64,000 nucleotides of DNA. Source: Macrostomum lignano. Lineage: Eukaryota. The notes under the pieces are model-generated. The model was not told the origin of the DNA, searched no databases, and was given only the letters and a program-made list of their open reading frames with translations. The position numbers were made by a program, and so were the translations under genes. The stretch is from contig NIVC01001097.1 in assembly GCA_002269645.1 (NCBI GenBank), positions 295,230 through 359,229 of the forward strand, written 5' to 3'. Positions 1-11,877 of this stretch are shown piece by piece (position 1 is the stretch's first letter; each line of letters opens with the position of its first letter).

Positions 1-390
1 AACTGCACATTCCACTCCCTAATCCCACAGTGGACTGACATCATCTGCACATTCCACTCCCTAGTCCCACAGTGGAATGACATCAGCTACACATTCCAAT
101 CCCTAATCCTACAGTGGAATGACATCAACTGCACATTCCACTCCCTAATGCCACAGTGGAATGACATCAACTGCACATTCCACTCCCTAATCCCACTGTG
201 GAATGACATCAGCTACACATTCCAATCCCTAATGCCACAGTGGAATGACATCAACTGCACATTCCACTCCCTAATGCCACAGTGGAATGATATCAACTGC
301 ACATTCCACTCCCTAATGCCACAGTGGAATGATATCAACTGCACATTCCACTCCCTAATCCCACAGTGGAATGACATCATCCGCACATTC
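1..390 (+). repeat. 42-bp tandem array whose unit is a branch point + acceptor + first ~28 nt of the DEPDC1 exon
   Basis: Unit CCCTAATCCCACAG|TGGAATGACATCAACTGCACATTCCACT; the last copy runs into the exon TGGAATGACATCATCCGCACATTCCG. Confidence 0.95.
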
Positions 391-3300
391 CGCACCTCGA
401 TGCCAGTCGGGCGGCACCGCAAAGGAGTCCGCGTGTTCGACAACTGCTTCCAGGGTTCAGACGCGGTGGACTGGCTGCAGCTGCACCTCAGCAAAAATCC
501 CAGTTTCGGCAGCAACGTCGGCCGCCATCAGGTGGTGCAGCTGCTCGGCAAGTTTCACAAGAGCGGCGTCTTTCACGATGTTCGCGGCGGCGGCGGCAAC
601 AGCAAGTATGACACCGAGCCCTTCGAGGACAGCTCCAGCCGGCTGTACAAGTTTAGCCTGGTGGAAACCACCCTGTCTCCGCTGAGCGCGCGGCAGCCCA
701 TCACAGCTATGGGTCTGTTGGTGGATGGGTGCTGTCTGCTGTACAGCCGTGGGTCTGTTGGTGGATGGGTGCTGTCTGCTGTACAGCCGTGGGTCTGTTG
801 GTGGATGGGTGCTGTCTGCTGTACAGCCGTGGGTCTGTTGCTGGATGGGTGCTGTCTGCTGTACAGCTGTGGGTCTGTTGCTGGATGGGTGCTGTCTGCT
901 GTACAGCTGTGGGTCTGTTACGTAAACGATTTCCTGGAATACAAGCCCCCTCCATGACCCAGACCGGTCTGTCGGCCGCCGCAGCCTCCGTGCCGGGCCT
1001 TCCTGGTCCGTCAGGAAGGCGACCAGCCTCTCGGCTTCATCATCAGCTTCGGGCGGAGCCGCCTGCGCCACCCCTGTGAGGCGGCCACCAGAGCCGCGTG
1101 AACCGCAGCAGCAGCTGCCACAGGCGCAGCCGGGCTCGGGGGGCGCAGCCGGCCAGGAGGAGGAGGACCTGGCCTACATCTGGCTGGACTCGGCCCTCAC
1201 CCGCATGCGCGAGCTGCTGGAGCTTTGCTCAATTGACGCCTTGACCGACGCTCGGCAGCTGCGGGCCGACTTTGTTCGGGACAACCTGACTTCGGCTGGA
1301 CAGGCCGGGGACCCGGCCGACTCGCTGCCGGCCTGGGTGAGCAACGCCGTCCGGTGCCTGGCCCGCTGGCCGGACACTGGCATGCCCAGCCTGCCGAGCT
1401 ACGAGGGCTTCGAGCTGGAGATATTCGCCGAACTGTGCGAGTTCTTCGAGGGTGAGGGGGGAGCCGCTGTGCTGGGCCGGTGCTCACTTAGTAGTCAGTT
1501 GCCTAGTAGTAGGTTATAGTAATCACCCAGTGCGCTCTGAGTGATAAGCTCAGCCGGCTCACCCAATCTGCGAATCCTCCGGCTTCACAGGCCGCGACGC
1601 GGAGCCGCTGGTGCCGCCGGACCTGCGCGACCTGTTCATCAACGTGCTGGCTCTGGCGGACAACCTGGCCAGCGAGCGGGCCGCGCACGACGCCGCCGCG
1701 CGTCGGAGACATCGGCGGCGCTTTCGCCGACACCCGATCGGCGCCCCGGCCATGACCAGCAGCTGCGCCGAGATCATGCGCCAGCTGACCGCGCCAGGCG
1801 CCTCCGCCACAGACGATGCCGACTGCAGCGACGCGAATTGGTCGCTGATGAATCAGCCGCGCTGCCGGCTGGCCAGAGTCTGCCACAGCGACTGCGAGTT
1901 CGACGCTGAGGACGACGGGGAGGACGCCGACGACTTCGCCGCCTGCCGCCGCCGCCGCCGCCACTGGCCCAGACGCTCTCCGCTCCGTCGAAGCGCCACC
2001 TCCGAGGCTGACGGTCTCGGCCGCGAACAGGAGTTGCTGCAGTCCGTCCAAGACCCCGGCAATGCGGCCGATGGCGGTGTTCACCCGCTGGACGGCGACA
2101 GCCTGCTGGCCTCGGGCCTGCAGCTGGCTGCGCTGTTTTTGCCCCCCAGCCGGCGGCGCCGCCTTCACCAACTGCTGCGGGCCATGCACAAACTGGGAGC
2201 CAACCCGCGCCTGCGGCTCGACCCCGTGCTGCCTACGGCTCACGTGGTTCGTTTAAGTCCTAGTGGGTTGGAGGAGCAGGCAGAATCCCACCCTGCCATC
2301 TCCCCCGAATCCCACCCTGCCATCTCCCCCGAATCCCACCCTGCCATCTCCCCCGAATCCCACCCTGCCATCTCCCCCGAATCCCATCCTGCCATCCCCC
2401 CAAATCCCATCCTGCCATCCCCCGAATCATCCCATCCTGCCATCTCCCCCGAATCCCACCCTGCCATCTCCCCCGAATCCCACCCTGCCATCTCCCCCGA
2501 ATCCCACCCTGCCATCTCCCCCGAATCCCACCCTGCCATCTCCCCCGAATCCCATCCTGCCATCCCCCAAATCCCATCCTGCCATCCCCCGAATCATCCC
2601 ATCCTGCCATCTCCCCCGAATCCCACCCTGCCATCTCCCCCGAATCCCATCCTGCCATCCCCCGAATCCCATCCTGCTATCTCCCCCAAATCCCATCCTG
2701 CCATCTCCCCCAAATCCCATCCTGCAATGTCCCCCGAACCCCACCTTGCAATGTCCCCCGAATCCCACCCTGCAATGTCCCCCGAACCCCACCTTGCAAT
2801 GTCCCCCAAATCCCATCCTGCAACGTCCCCCGAACCCCACCTTGCAATGTCCCCTAATTGCTACTATCCTCCAGGTGCTGCACTCTCTGGCGTCCTGCGT
2901 CCTACGTAGGAAGCCGGAAGTTCGAGAGCCGAGGCATCCGCAATCCGAGCAGCCGGACGTGTTCGCTCTTCAGCTGGTGTCGTTTATGACTGATCACTAC
3001 TCCATGATCTTCCGGCCGCCTGCGGATTTGCGCGAATGCATCGAGGCCAGGCTGGCTGCCGTGCGAGAGCTGCAGCTGGTAAGCGCGTTTTGATGTATAT
3101 GAGTATGACCACTGCTGCTAGCTATGACCACTGCTGCTAGCTATGACCACTGCTGCTAGCTATGACCACTGCTGCTAGCTATGACCACTGCTGCTAGCTA
3201 TGACCACTGCTGCTAGCTATGACCACTGCTGCTAGCTATGACCTAATAACTTTTCAGTCTCGCCAGAGCAGCGCCGCAACAGCAGCCACCGCCAAAACAG

Positions 3301-3623
3301 CCGCGCCGTCCCAGTCGGAGCTGACGCAGAAGCAGCAATTCTGCAGCCGCATCCCGGCCGAGCAGTTCTCCCTGTCCGGCCGGCTGGCCTCCGACCAGGC
3401 GCTGCTCAACCTGCTGGAGGGCCTCCTGTCCGATGAGAACCTGCCGGCCAGGGAGAAGCGCCGCAAGCTGCGCCTGTTCAAGGAGTCGCACCCGCACGTG
3501 TACGCGGCCCGCTTCCCGGATGCCGAGGTCGAGCGGTCGGTGCTGGACAGCCTGCGGGGACCGCCGGCCGCGCCGGGCCTGCTGGGCCGCACCATTGCCG
3601 CTCTGCGGAACTGGCGGCTGTGA
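367..3623 (+). CDS. DEPDC1: DEP-domain/RhoGAP-like protein (DEPDC1/DEPDC1B family), 5'-partial; exons 367-712, 963-1451, 1591-2246 (or 2243), 2875-3078, 3258-3623
   Basis: DEP domain WNDIIRTFRTSMP..FQGSDAVDWL..RLYKF; LPAWVSNAVRCLARWP..YEGFELEIF; C-terminal EKRRKLRLFKESHPHVYAARFP, all recalled as DEPDC1 blocks. Splice phases are consistent (GTGAGG 1452, CAG 1590, CAG 2874, GTAAGC 3079, CAG 3257). The 713-962 intron boundaries and the 2244/2247 donor are weak and uncertain. Confidence 0.85.
703..919 (+). repeat. 40-bp tandem array starting inside the DEPDC1 exon end
   Basis: Five units of ACAGCCGTGGGTCTGTTGGTGGATGGGTGCTGTCTGCTGT; the first unit overlaps coding ACAGCTATGG. Confidence 0.95.
2282..2853 (+). 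repeat. 23-bp intronic minisatellite (GAATCCCACCCTGCCATCTCCCC)
   Basis: Tandem copies fill the DEPDC1 intron. Confidence 0.95.
3104..3243 (+). repeat. 19-bp intronic minisatellite (TATGACCACTGCTGCTAGC)
   Basis: ~7 tandem copies in the last DEPDC1 intron. Confidence 0.95.
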
Positions 3624-3789
3624 CGGGTGGCGCTGGGGAACTGGTTGCTATGGCTAAGAGGAGTTGCTAAGCTCCTCTTGGTGCGCCTTCCTGGGCGGTC
3701 TTGAATTTTTTATTAAGAATCGAACTGATCCTATTAGTCTGATCTCTACCAGGTAATCGCCTGAAATCCCAATCCACTCTGAGCAGTTT

Positions 3790-4310
3790 TATGGGATTAT
3801 AATCCCCTCCAGATCGCCTCCTGGGATTCTAATCCCCTCTAGATCACCACCTGGGATTCTAAACCCCTCTAGATCGCCACCTGGGATTCTAATCCCCTCT
3901 AGATTGCCAGCTGGGATTCTAATCCCCTCTAGATCGCCACCTGGGATTCTAATCCCCGCTAGATCACCACCTGGGATTCTAAACCCCTCTAGATTGCCAG
4001 CTGGGATTTTAATCCCCTCTAGATCGCCACCTGGGATTCTAAACTCCTTTAGATCGCCAGCTGGGATTCTAATCCCCTCTAGATCGCCACCTGGGATTCT
4101 AAACTCCTTTAGATCGCCAGCTGGGATTCTAATCCACTCTAGATCACCACCTGGGATTCTAATCCCCTCTAGATCACCACCTGGGATTCTAATCCCCTCT
4201 AGATCGCCAGCTGGGATTCTAATCCCCTCTAGATTGCCAGCTGGGATTCTAATCCCCTCTAGATCGCCACCTGGGATTCTAAACTCCTTTAGATCGCCAC
4301 CTGGGATTTT
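3790..4310. repeat. 30-bp minisatellite (CTGGGATTCTAATCCCCTCTAGATCGCCAC)
   Basis: Tandem copies downstream of DEPDC1. Confidence 0.95.
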
Positions 4311-4830
4311 ATATTCATCTGTAATTTTAATCCCTCTAGACTAACCACCTGTAGTATGACTGGCATGAAACTCCTGTGACAATCTGCTCTCGGTCGCAGC
4401 TCCCCTACTTGTCAAAGTCCGCATGCCCCATTCACCGGTGCAGCTGCACTTGTATTCAACTTGTAATCACTGCAAAGCTTCGCACCTTGTCAACACTGTT
4501 TTTTATTTGTTGCACGCACCTTTGAGTGGCCAAGCACTGACTGCCGAGCATTTCAAGTCAAATTTTATTTATTTAAACCTTTCGGACATTGCATTCGCCT
4601 GCCAATTTGTCTTCTTTTAGCCTGTCAAGCAATGTTCCTTTGTTTCACTTGCAGTTGAAGTTTTTAGCTCAATTATTCTCCGAGCAAGTATTTTTGTATA
4701 AAGCCTGCAGCTGTTCAGCCACTTCGTCTTCTGTTTTGTTAAACTGAAATTACCTGTTTTTCTAACTGTAATATACGTTACCTGTCATTATAATCCCGCA
4801 TTACCGCTTAGCGTATTTCTACTGCTCTCT

Positions 4831-4844
4831 GTTGCCATGGAAAC
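4831..4844. promoter_or_regulatory. RFX X-box motif
   Basis: GTTGCCATGGAAAC matches the palindromic X-box consensus; no target gene assigned. Confidence 0.4.
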
Positions 4845-5665
4845 CATTGGAATCGTTGCTGGCCTCGATAATTTTGTTTTTTCAAGTTCGCTTTGTTAGG
4901 GAAACACAGTGTGTTACTGTTAGTAGCCACATATAGTAAGCTTGTTATAAACAATATTGCAGATCTCCACTTGAGCTGCATTGTGTGGCAATTGAATTTG
5001 TATGCTCTGGGAAGGCCGCCTGGAGAGTCACGTGACATCCAGCTGTCATAAAAAGACCCAACGAATGCATGGCTCTGAGAGCTCAGTCCAACATTCTCAG
5101 CAGTTCCGCAGCCGCGGGCTTCTTGAGACAGTCCAGAGTCGAACCGGCCTACTCAAAAATTGGATGCAGAAAATCCATGAGGCAGCAGCATGGATGCAGC
5201 TGGGGGAGCGGAGGCTGTTGCAGTAATAGCCGAACTAATAATAATCGATGCGCCATCGCCAACTGCGGGCGGCCCGGCGGTATCGAGCGATCGGCCTGCA
5301 GTCGGCGGCTCTCGACGGGTGAACGCAGAAGCTGCCAGTCGGGCGGGCGGAGGAGGGGCCGCTTGCTGCTTTAACGAGGTCGCTGCGGGTCCGCTGTGTT
5401 GCCTGTCAACAAGCCGCAGCTCTTGAGAGGCTTGCTGGGGAAGGAGGCTGCTCAGAGTAATTGGTTTGCATTGAATTCTGCTCAACTGCTGTGCATGAAG
5501 CAGTTGCAGCCCCGGTGAGCTTTTCTTGTGACAGCTGATCGGCTCACTGCAGCAGTGCTCAGCCGCCTGGCCACCTGCTCCGGCTGCCTCGGCTTCGTCC
5601 TGAGACCAATTAATTCATGCAACTACGCGTCTGCTGGCGAATAACTGCCTGCTTGAGCTCGAGTA

Positions 5666-6375
5666 ACTTGGGAATCTGGCTGAGCACTCACTGAGCGTTG
5701 GGAATCTGGCTGAGCTCTCACTGAGCATTGGGAATATGGCTGAGCACTCACTGAGCGTTGGGAATCTGGCTGAGCTCTCACTGAGCATTGGGAATATGGC
5801 TGAGCACTCACTGAGCGTTGGGAATCTGGCTGAGCTCTCACTGAGCATTGGGAATATGGCTGAGCACTCACTGAGCGTTGGGAATCTGGCCGAGCTCTCA
5901 CTGAGCGTTGGGAATCTGGCTGAGCACTCACTGAGCATTGGGAATCTGGCTGAGCATTGAGAATCTGGCTGAGCACTCACTGAGCATTGGGAATCTGGCT
6001 GAGCTCTCACTGAGTGAGCATTGGGAATCTGGCTGAGCACTCACTGAGCATTGAAATCTGGCTGAGCACTCGCTGAGCATTGGGAATCTGGCTGAGCACT
6101 CACTGAGCGTTGGGAATCTGGCTGAGCTCTCACTGAGTGAGCATTGGGAATATGGCTGAGCACTCACTGAGCATTGGGAATCTGGCTGAGCACTCACTGA
6201 GCATTGGGAATCTGGCTGAGAACTCACTGAGCATTGGGAATCTGGCTGAGCACTCACTGAGCATTGGGAATCTGGCTGAGAACTCACTGAGCATTGGAAA
6301 TCTGGCTGAGCACTCACTGAGCATTGGGAATCTGGCTGAGCACTCACTGAGCATTGGGAATCTGGCTGAGCACTC
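5666..6375. repeat. 30-bp minisatellite (CTGAGCACTCACTGAGCATTGGGAATCTGG)
   Basis: Tandem copies. Confidence 0.95.
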
Positions 6376-6556
6376 CTACACTTTAATGCCAGACTGAAAG
6401 CTTTGTCTGGTTGACTTCCTGCTGTGGATAATTTCCTGTTCTCCCGAAGATGAAGCTGATTTGGCTGATCGGCTCAAGCGGCTTTTGACGCGGCTTCAGC
6501 TTCGAATCCTGCACTGAGAAAAGTCCTCACGGAGCAGAGCTTGAGCAGTCGCGCGG

Positions 6557-6708
6557 CCAATCCCGGACGCTCCTGAGCACCCCTTAGCCAACCGCCGACT
6601 TGGCAGCTCGGGGCATAAAACCGGGGCTCAAGCCGAGTTCCACAGCCGCCTGAGCTCTGTTCGACCCTCTGCTGCTTTTTTGTTTCGTTCCGTTCTCAAC
6701 AGGTAAGT
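6557..6708 (+). promoter_or_regulatory. Putative promoter and non-coding first exon of the EF-hand gene
   Basis: CCAAT 6557-6561, CATAAAA 6614-6620, strong donor CAG|GTAAGT at 6703; next acceptor CAG|CCGCCATG at 10454. Confidence 0.5.
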
Positions 6709-7844
6709 TTGAGGCGCTCATCTCGGGAAATCCTCGCTCATCTTCTCATCCGCCTCCGCGCAATCCCTTCTTTTTCCCTAAGTCCTAATTCCCACGATTC
6801 GGGAGAATTATCCCTGCAGCCAGCGGCTGCTCAATTTACTCCCGCGGGAGATTGTCCGAGTTCACGACCGTCCGAGTTCACGACTGTCCGAGTTCATACT
6901 GTCCGAGTTCACGACTGTCCGAGTTCATACTGTCCGAGTTCATACTGTCCGAGTTCACGACTGTCCGAGTTCATACTGTCCCCCCCCTTTTAGCGCCCGC
7001 CCCCGAATCTGCGCCTAGCGGACAATTTCACATCAGATAAGTAGGCACCCCTGACTAACCAGATGAAGCCGCATCGGAGTCTGAGTTTGCACTGCCCGGA
7101 ACCCCATCATCCATCCATCCGGAAGACGCATGGCGCAGGAATGCAAAATTGCTGGCCGTTAAACAAGATTTTTTAGTTTGCTTTTGCAATAGCTGCTCAG
7201 ATTGAGGCTGTTGCTGCTCGGAACAGGAGATCTGGGGTGGACGGGAAGCCTCCCAGATTGCCCAGATTACCCCCCCCCCCCCCGAACAAGCAGGAGGAAG
7301 CGGCGGCGCTCGTATATTTGATATCCGGCTGTGCATGCAGTCCGTGGCGGGGCGGCCATTACTGCAGCGACATCCGTGTGCCGCCCCGGCCCGGCTTAGC
7401 CATGCGGGCCCGCGAGGCCGCAGCGGCGAGAGTGGCCGCCCTGGGGACCGGCGAATTCCCCGCCCGGCAATGCCCGGCCAGTTTCTTTAACATGCGAGCA
7501 GCTCGTTTTGCCGTTTCTGTTTTGCTCCGGGGGGGAATTTATCGATAGTGCAAATCTGCTGCTGCTGCTTGTTGCCATGCGGCCCTCGCTGACTCAGCAG
7601 CCCGGCTCTTATCAGCCATGGCGATCATTGAATCCGGTTCACCGCGTCCATGGGAAAATTATCCACCCCCTCCCGCTGATTTACTGCCAAGGCCAGCTCT
7701 GACACGTGTGAGCAACTCATGTGCGAGACTTCCGGTGGAATGCTTGAGCAGCTAAACTCGAAGGCTCGCTGAAGAAATAGGATTGGGAACGGCCTAAACT
7801 GAATCCCCACCTTCTGGCATATTTACTCCCGGCCTGTCCTGACC

Positions 7845-10447
7845 AGTATCCTGCCATCCCTGTCACCAGTATCCTGACATTCCTGTCACCAGTATCCACC
7901 AGTTTCCTGTCACCAGTATCCTGCCATCCCTGTCACCAGTATCCACCAGTTTCCTGTCACCAGTATCCTGACGTTCCTGTCACCAGTATCCACCAGTTTC
8001 CTGTCACCAGTATCCTGACATTCCTGACACCAGTATCCTGATATTCCTGACACCAGTATCCTGACATTCCTGACACCAGTATCCTGCCATCCCTGTCACC
8101 AGTATCCTGACATTCCTGACACCAGTATCCTGCCATCCCTGTCACCAGTATCCTGACATTCCTGTCACCAGTATCCACCAGTTTCCTGTCACCAGTATCC
8201 TGATATTCCTGACACCAGTATCCTGACATTTCTGTCACCAGTATCCTGACATTCCTGACACCAGTACCCTGAAATTCTTGTCACCAGTACCCTGACATTC
8301 CTGTCACCAGTATCCTGACATTCCTGTCACCAGTATCCTGACACTCCTGACACCAGTATCCTGACATTCCTGACACCAGTATCCTGACATTCCTGTCACC
8401 AGTATCCTGACATTCCTGACACCAGTACCCTGAAATTCCTGTCACCAGTACCCTGACATTCCTGTCACCAGTACCCTAAAATTCCTGTCACCAGTACCCT
8501 GACATTCCTGTCACCAGTACCCTGAAATTCCTGTCACCAGTACCCTGACATTCCTGTCACCAGTATCCTGACATTCCTGTCACCAGTATCCTGACATTCC
8601 TGTCACCAGTATCCTGATATTCCTGTCACCAGTACCCTGACATTCCTGTCACCACTATCCTGACATTCCTGTCACCAGTACCCTGACATTCCTGTCACCA
8701 GTACCCTGAAATTCCTGTCACCAGTACCCTGACATTCCTGTCACCAGTATCCTGACATTCCTGTCACCAGTATCCTGACATTCCTGTCACCAGTATCCTG
8801 ATATTCCTGACACCAGTATCCTGGCATTCCTGTCACCAGTATCCTGATATTCCTGACACCAGTATCCTGGCATTCCTGTCACCAGTATCCTGACATTCCT
8901 GTCACCAGTACCCTGACATTCCTGTCACCAGTATCCTGATATTCCTGACACCAGTATCCTGGCATTCCTGTCACCAGTATCCTGATATTCCTGACACCAG
9001 TATCCTGGCATTCCTGTCACCAGTATCCTGACATTCCTCTCACCAGTATCCTGACATTCCTGTCACTAGTACCCTGACATTCCTGTCACCAGTACCCTGA
9101 CATTCCTGTCACCAGTATCCTGATATTCCTGACACCAGTATCCTGGCATTCCTGTCACCAGTATCCTGATATTCCTGACACCAGTATCCTGGCATTCCTG
9201 TCACCAGTATCCTGATATTCCTGACACCAGTATCCTGGCATTCCTGTCACCAGTATCCTGACATTCCTGTCACCAGTACCCTGACATTCCTGTCACCAGT
9301 ATCCTGATATTCCTGACACCAGTATCCTGGCATTCCTGTCACCAGTATCCTGATATTCCTGACACCAGTATCCTGACATTCCTGTCACCAGTATCCTGAC
9401 ATTCCTGACACCAGTACCCTGAAATTCTTGTCACCAGTACCCTGACATTCCTGTCACCAGTATCCTGACATTCCTGTCACCAGTATCCTGATATTCCTGA
9501 CACCAGTATCCTGGCATTCCTGTCACCAGTATCCTGATATTCCTGACACCAGTATCCTGGCATTCCTGTCACCAGTATCCTGACATTCCTCTCACCAGTA
9601 TCCTGACATTCCTGTCACCAGTACCCTGACATTCCTGTCACCAGTACCCTGACATTCCTGTCACCAGTATCCTGATATTCCTGACACCAGTATCCTGGCA
9701 TTCCTGTCACCAGTATCCTGATATTCCTGACACCAGTATCCTGGCATTCCTGTCACCAGTATCCTGATATTCCTGACACCAGTATCCTGGCATTCCTGTC
9801 ACCAGTATCCTGGCATTCCTGTCACCAGTATCCTGATATTCCTGACACCAGTATCCTGGCATTCCTGTCACCAGTATCCTGATATTCCTGACACCAGTAT
9901 CCTGGCATTCCTGTCACCAGTATCCTGACATTCCTCTCACCAGTATCCTGACATTCCTGTCACCAGTACCCTGACATTCCTGTCACCAGTACCCTGACAT
10001 TCCTGTCACCAGTATCCTGATATTCCTGACACCAGTATCCTGGCATTCCTGTCACCAGTATCCTGATATTCCTGACACCAGTATCCTGGCATTCCTGTCA
10101 CCAGTATCCTGATATTCCTGACACCAGTATCCTGGCATTCCTGTCACCAGTATCCTGACATTCCTCTCACCAGTATCCTGACATTCCTGTCACCAGTACC
10201 CTGACATTCCTGTCACCAGTACCCTGACATTCCTGTCACCAGTATCCTGATATTCCTGACACCAGTATCCTGGCATTCCTGTCACCAGTATCCTGATATT
10301 CCTGACACCAGTATCCTGGCATTCCTGTCACCAGTATCCTGATATTCCTGACACCAGTATCCTGGCATTCCTGACACCAGTATCCTGGCATTCCTGTCAC
10401 CAGTATCCTGATATTCCTGACACCAGTATCCTGGCATTCCTGACATC
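7845..10447 (+). repeat. 2.6-kb 23-bp minisatellite (ACCAGTATCCTGACATTCCTGTC)
   Basis: >100 tandem copies ending 13 nt before the EF-hand ATG. Confidence 0.97.
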
Positions 10448-10459
10448 CCGGCAGCCGCC

Positions 10460-10861
10460 ATGAGCCTCCGCGATCTCTTCAACGCCTTCGACACCGACGG
10501 CAACGGCACCCTGGACCGCGCCGAGTTCGGCGCCCTCCTCCGCGCCTTCAGCACCGACCTGGACGAGCCGAGCGTCCTGGCTATCATGGCCGATGTCGAC
10601 CGCGACCGCAACGGCTGCGTTGACTTCGCCGAGTTCGAGGCGGTGGCCGCCAAGCACATCGGCGCCGAGCTGCCCGACCTGCGCTACCTCGCCGACTTCC
10701 GCGCCCTGGACGCGGACAGGAACGGCCTGCTGAGCCAGTCGGAGGCGGCCGAGCTGGCCTCGCGCCTCGGCCGCGCGGTGGACCCCAACCGGCTGGCCGC
10801 GGCCGACAAGAACGGCGACGGGAACCTCAACTACCCGGAGTTCGTGCAGCTGATGCAGTGA
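10460..10861 (+). CDS. Calmodulin-like protein with four EF-hands (133 aa)
   Basis: Loops DTDGNGTLDRAE, DRDRNGCVDFAE, DADRNGLLSQSE, DKNGDGNLNYPE; GCCGCCATG Kozak context; GC-rich codons. Confidence 0.92.
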   Translation: MSLRDLFNAFDTDGNGTLDRAEFGALLRAFSTDLDEPSVLAIMADVDRDRNGCVDFAEFEAVAAKHIGAELPDLRYLADFRALDADRNGLLSQSEAAELASRLGRAVDPNRLAAADKNGDGNLNYPEFVQLMQ

Positions 10862-10958
10862 CCGCCGGCAGGATGAGCGCCGCAGGGGCATCAGCTTCGG
10901 GGCTGCAGCTGCGTCATTAACAATTAGGGATCTCCGAACTGGAGTGTGGGAGCCAATT

Positions 10959-11360
10959 GGGGTCTGGAATTCAGAGCACAGGTGCTGATTGGGGTCTGGA
11001 ATTCAGAGCACAGGTGCTGATTGGGGTCTGGAATTCAGATCACAGGTGCTGATTGGGGTCTGGAATTCAGATCACAGGTGCTGATTGGGGTCTGGAATTC
11101 AGAGCACAGGTGCTGATTGGGGTCTGGAATTCAGAGCACAGGTGCTGATTGGGTCTGGAATTCAGAGCACAGGTGCTGATTGGGGTCTGGAATTCAGAGC
11201 ACAGGTGCTGATTGGGGTCTGGAATTCAGAGCACAGGTGCTGATTGGGGTCTGGAATTCAGAGCACAGGTGCTGTTTGGGGTCTGGAATTCAGAGCACAG
11301 GTGCTGATTGGGGTCTGGAATTCAGAGCACAGGTGCTGATTGGGGTCTGGAAATCAGATC
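10959..11360. repeat. 32-bp minisatellite (GGGGTCTGGAATTCAGAGCACAGGTGCTGATT)
   Basis: Tandem copies. Confidence 0.95.
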
Positions 11361-11877
11361 ACACTCCTGTGCTCTCCTAAACTTTCAGTGGGGATCAGAC
11401 TGCAGCACCCTGCTGAGTACTCTGAAGCCTCATCAAGCTGCCATCAGCAATTTGCATATTTGCTGACACACTTTGCCGCCTGCCTGAAGAGGCGTTTTGT
11501 CTGACTTGTCCCTACTGCAATCTCGCACTCGGGCTCCCATCTGCTTTATTCTGAGTTTGCCTCGCACATTCATTAAGCACCCACACACCGCTCCGACCTG
11601 TCAACCACAGCATCACAGCCCCATAATTACAAAATTAACTCTTCACGATGTTTTATTGCAGATCCCATATTGCAGAATCCCCCCCAGTCTCGGTTTGCAT
11701 TGCTAAATACATGGATGGCTATTCTCTACTAGGAGTCAATAAGTGCACATTGTAATTTTTGTGCCCTACGCGGCAGCAATCCTTAACAATAGCACTAAGC
11801 CCTAAATAAAAATATTACTGGCAGTTAAACTTCCGTGAGTTCATTTGGAGTTGCACAGTGCATCGCGCGGGGCTGCG

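Noticed and set aside
5153-6530. Possible minus-strand gene spanning the 30-bp array
   Set aside because: No phase-consistent exon chain or known domain could be built.
7845-10447. CRISPR-like appearance of regular short repeats, here and in other arrays
   Set aside because: Units are head-to-tail with no unique spacers, no cas genes are present, and the context is eukaryotic introns.
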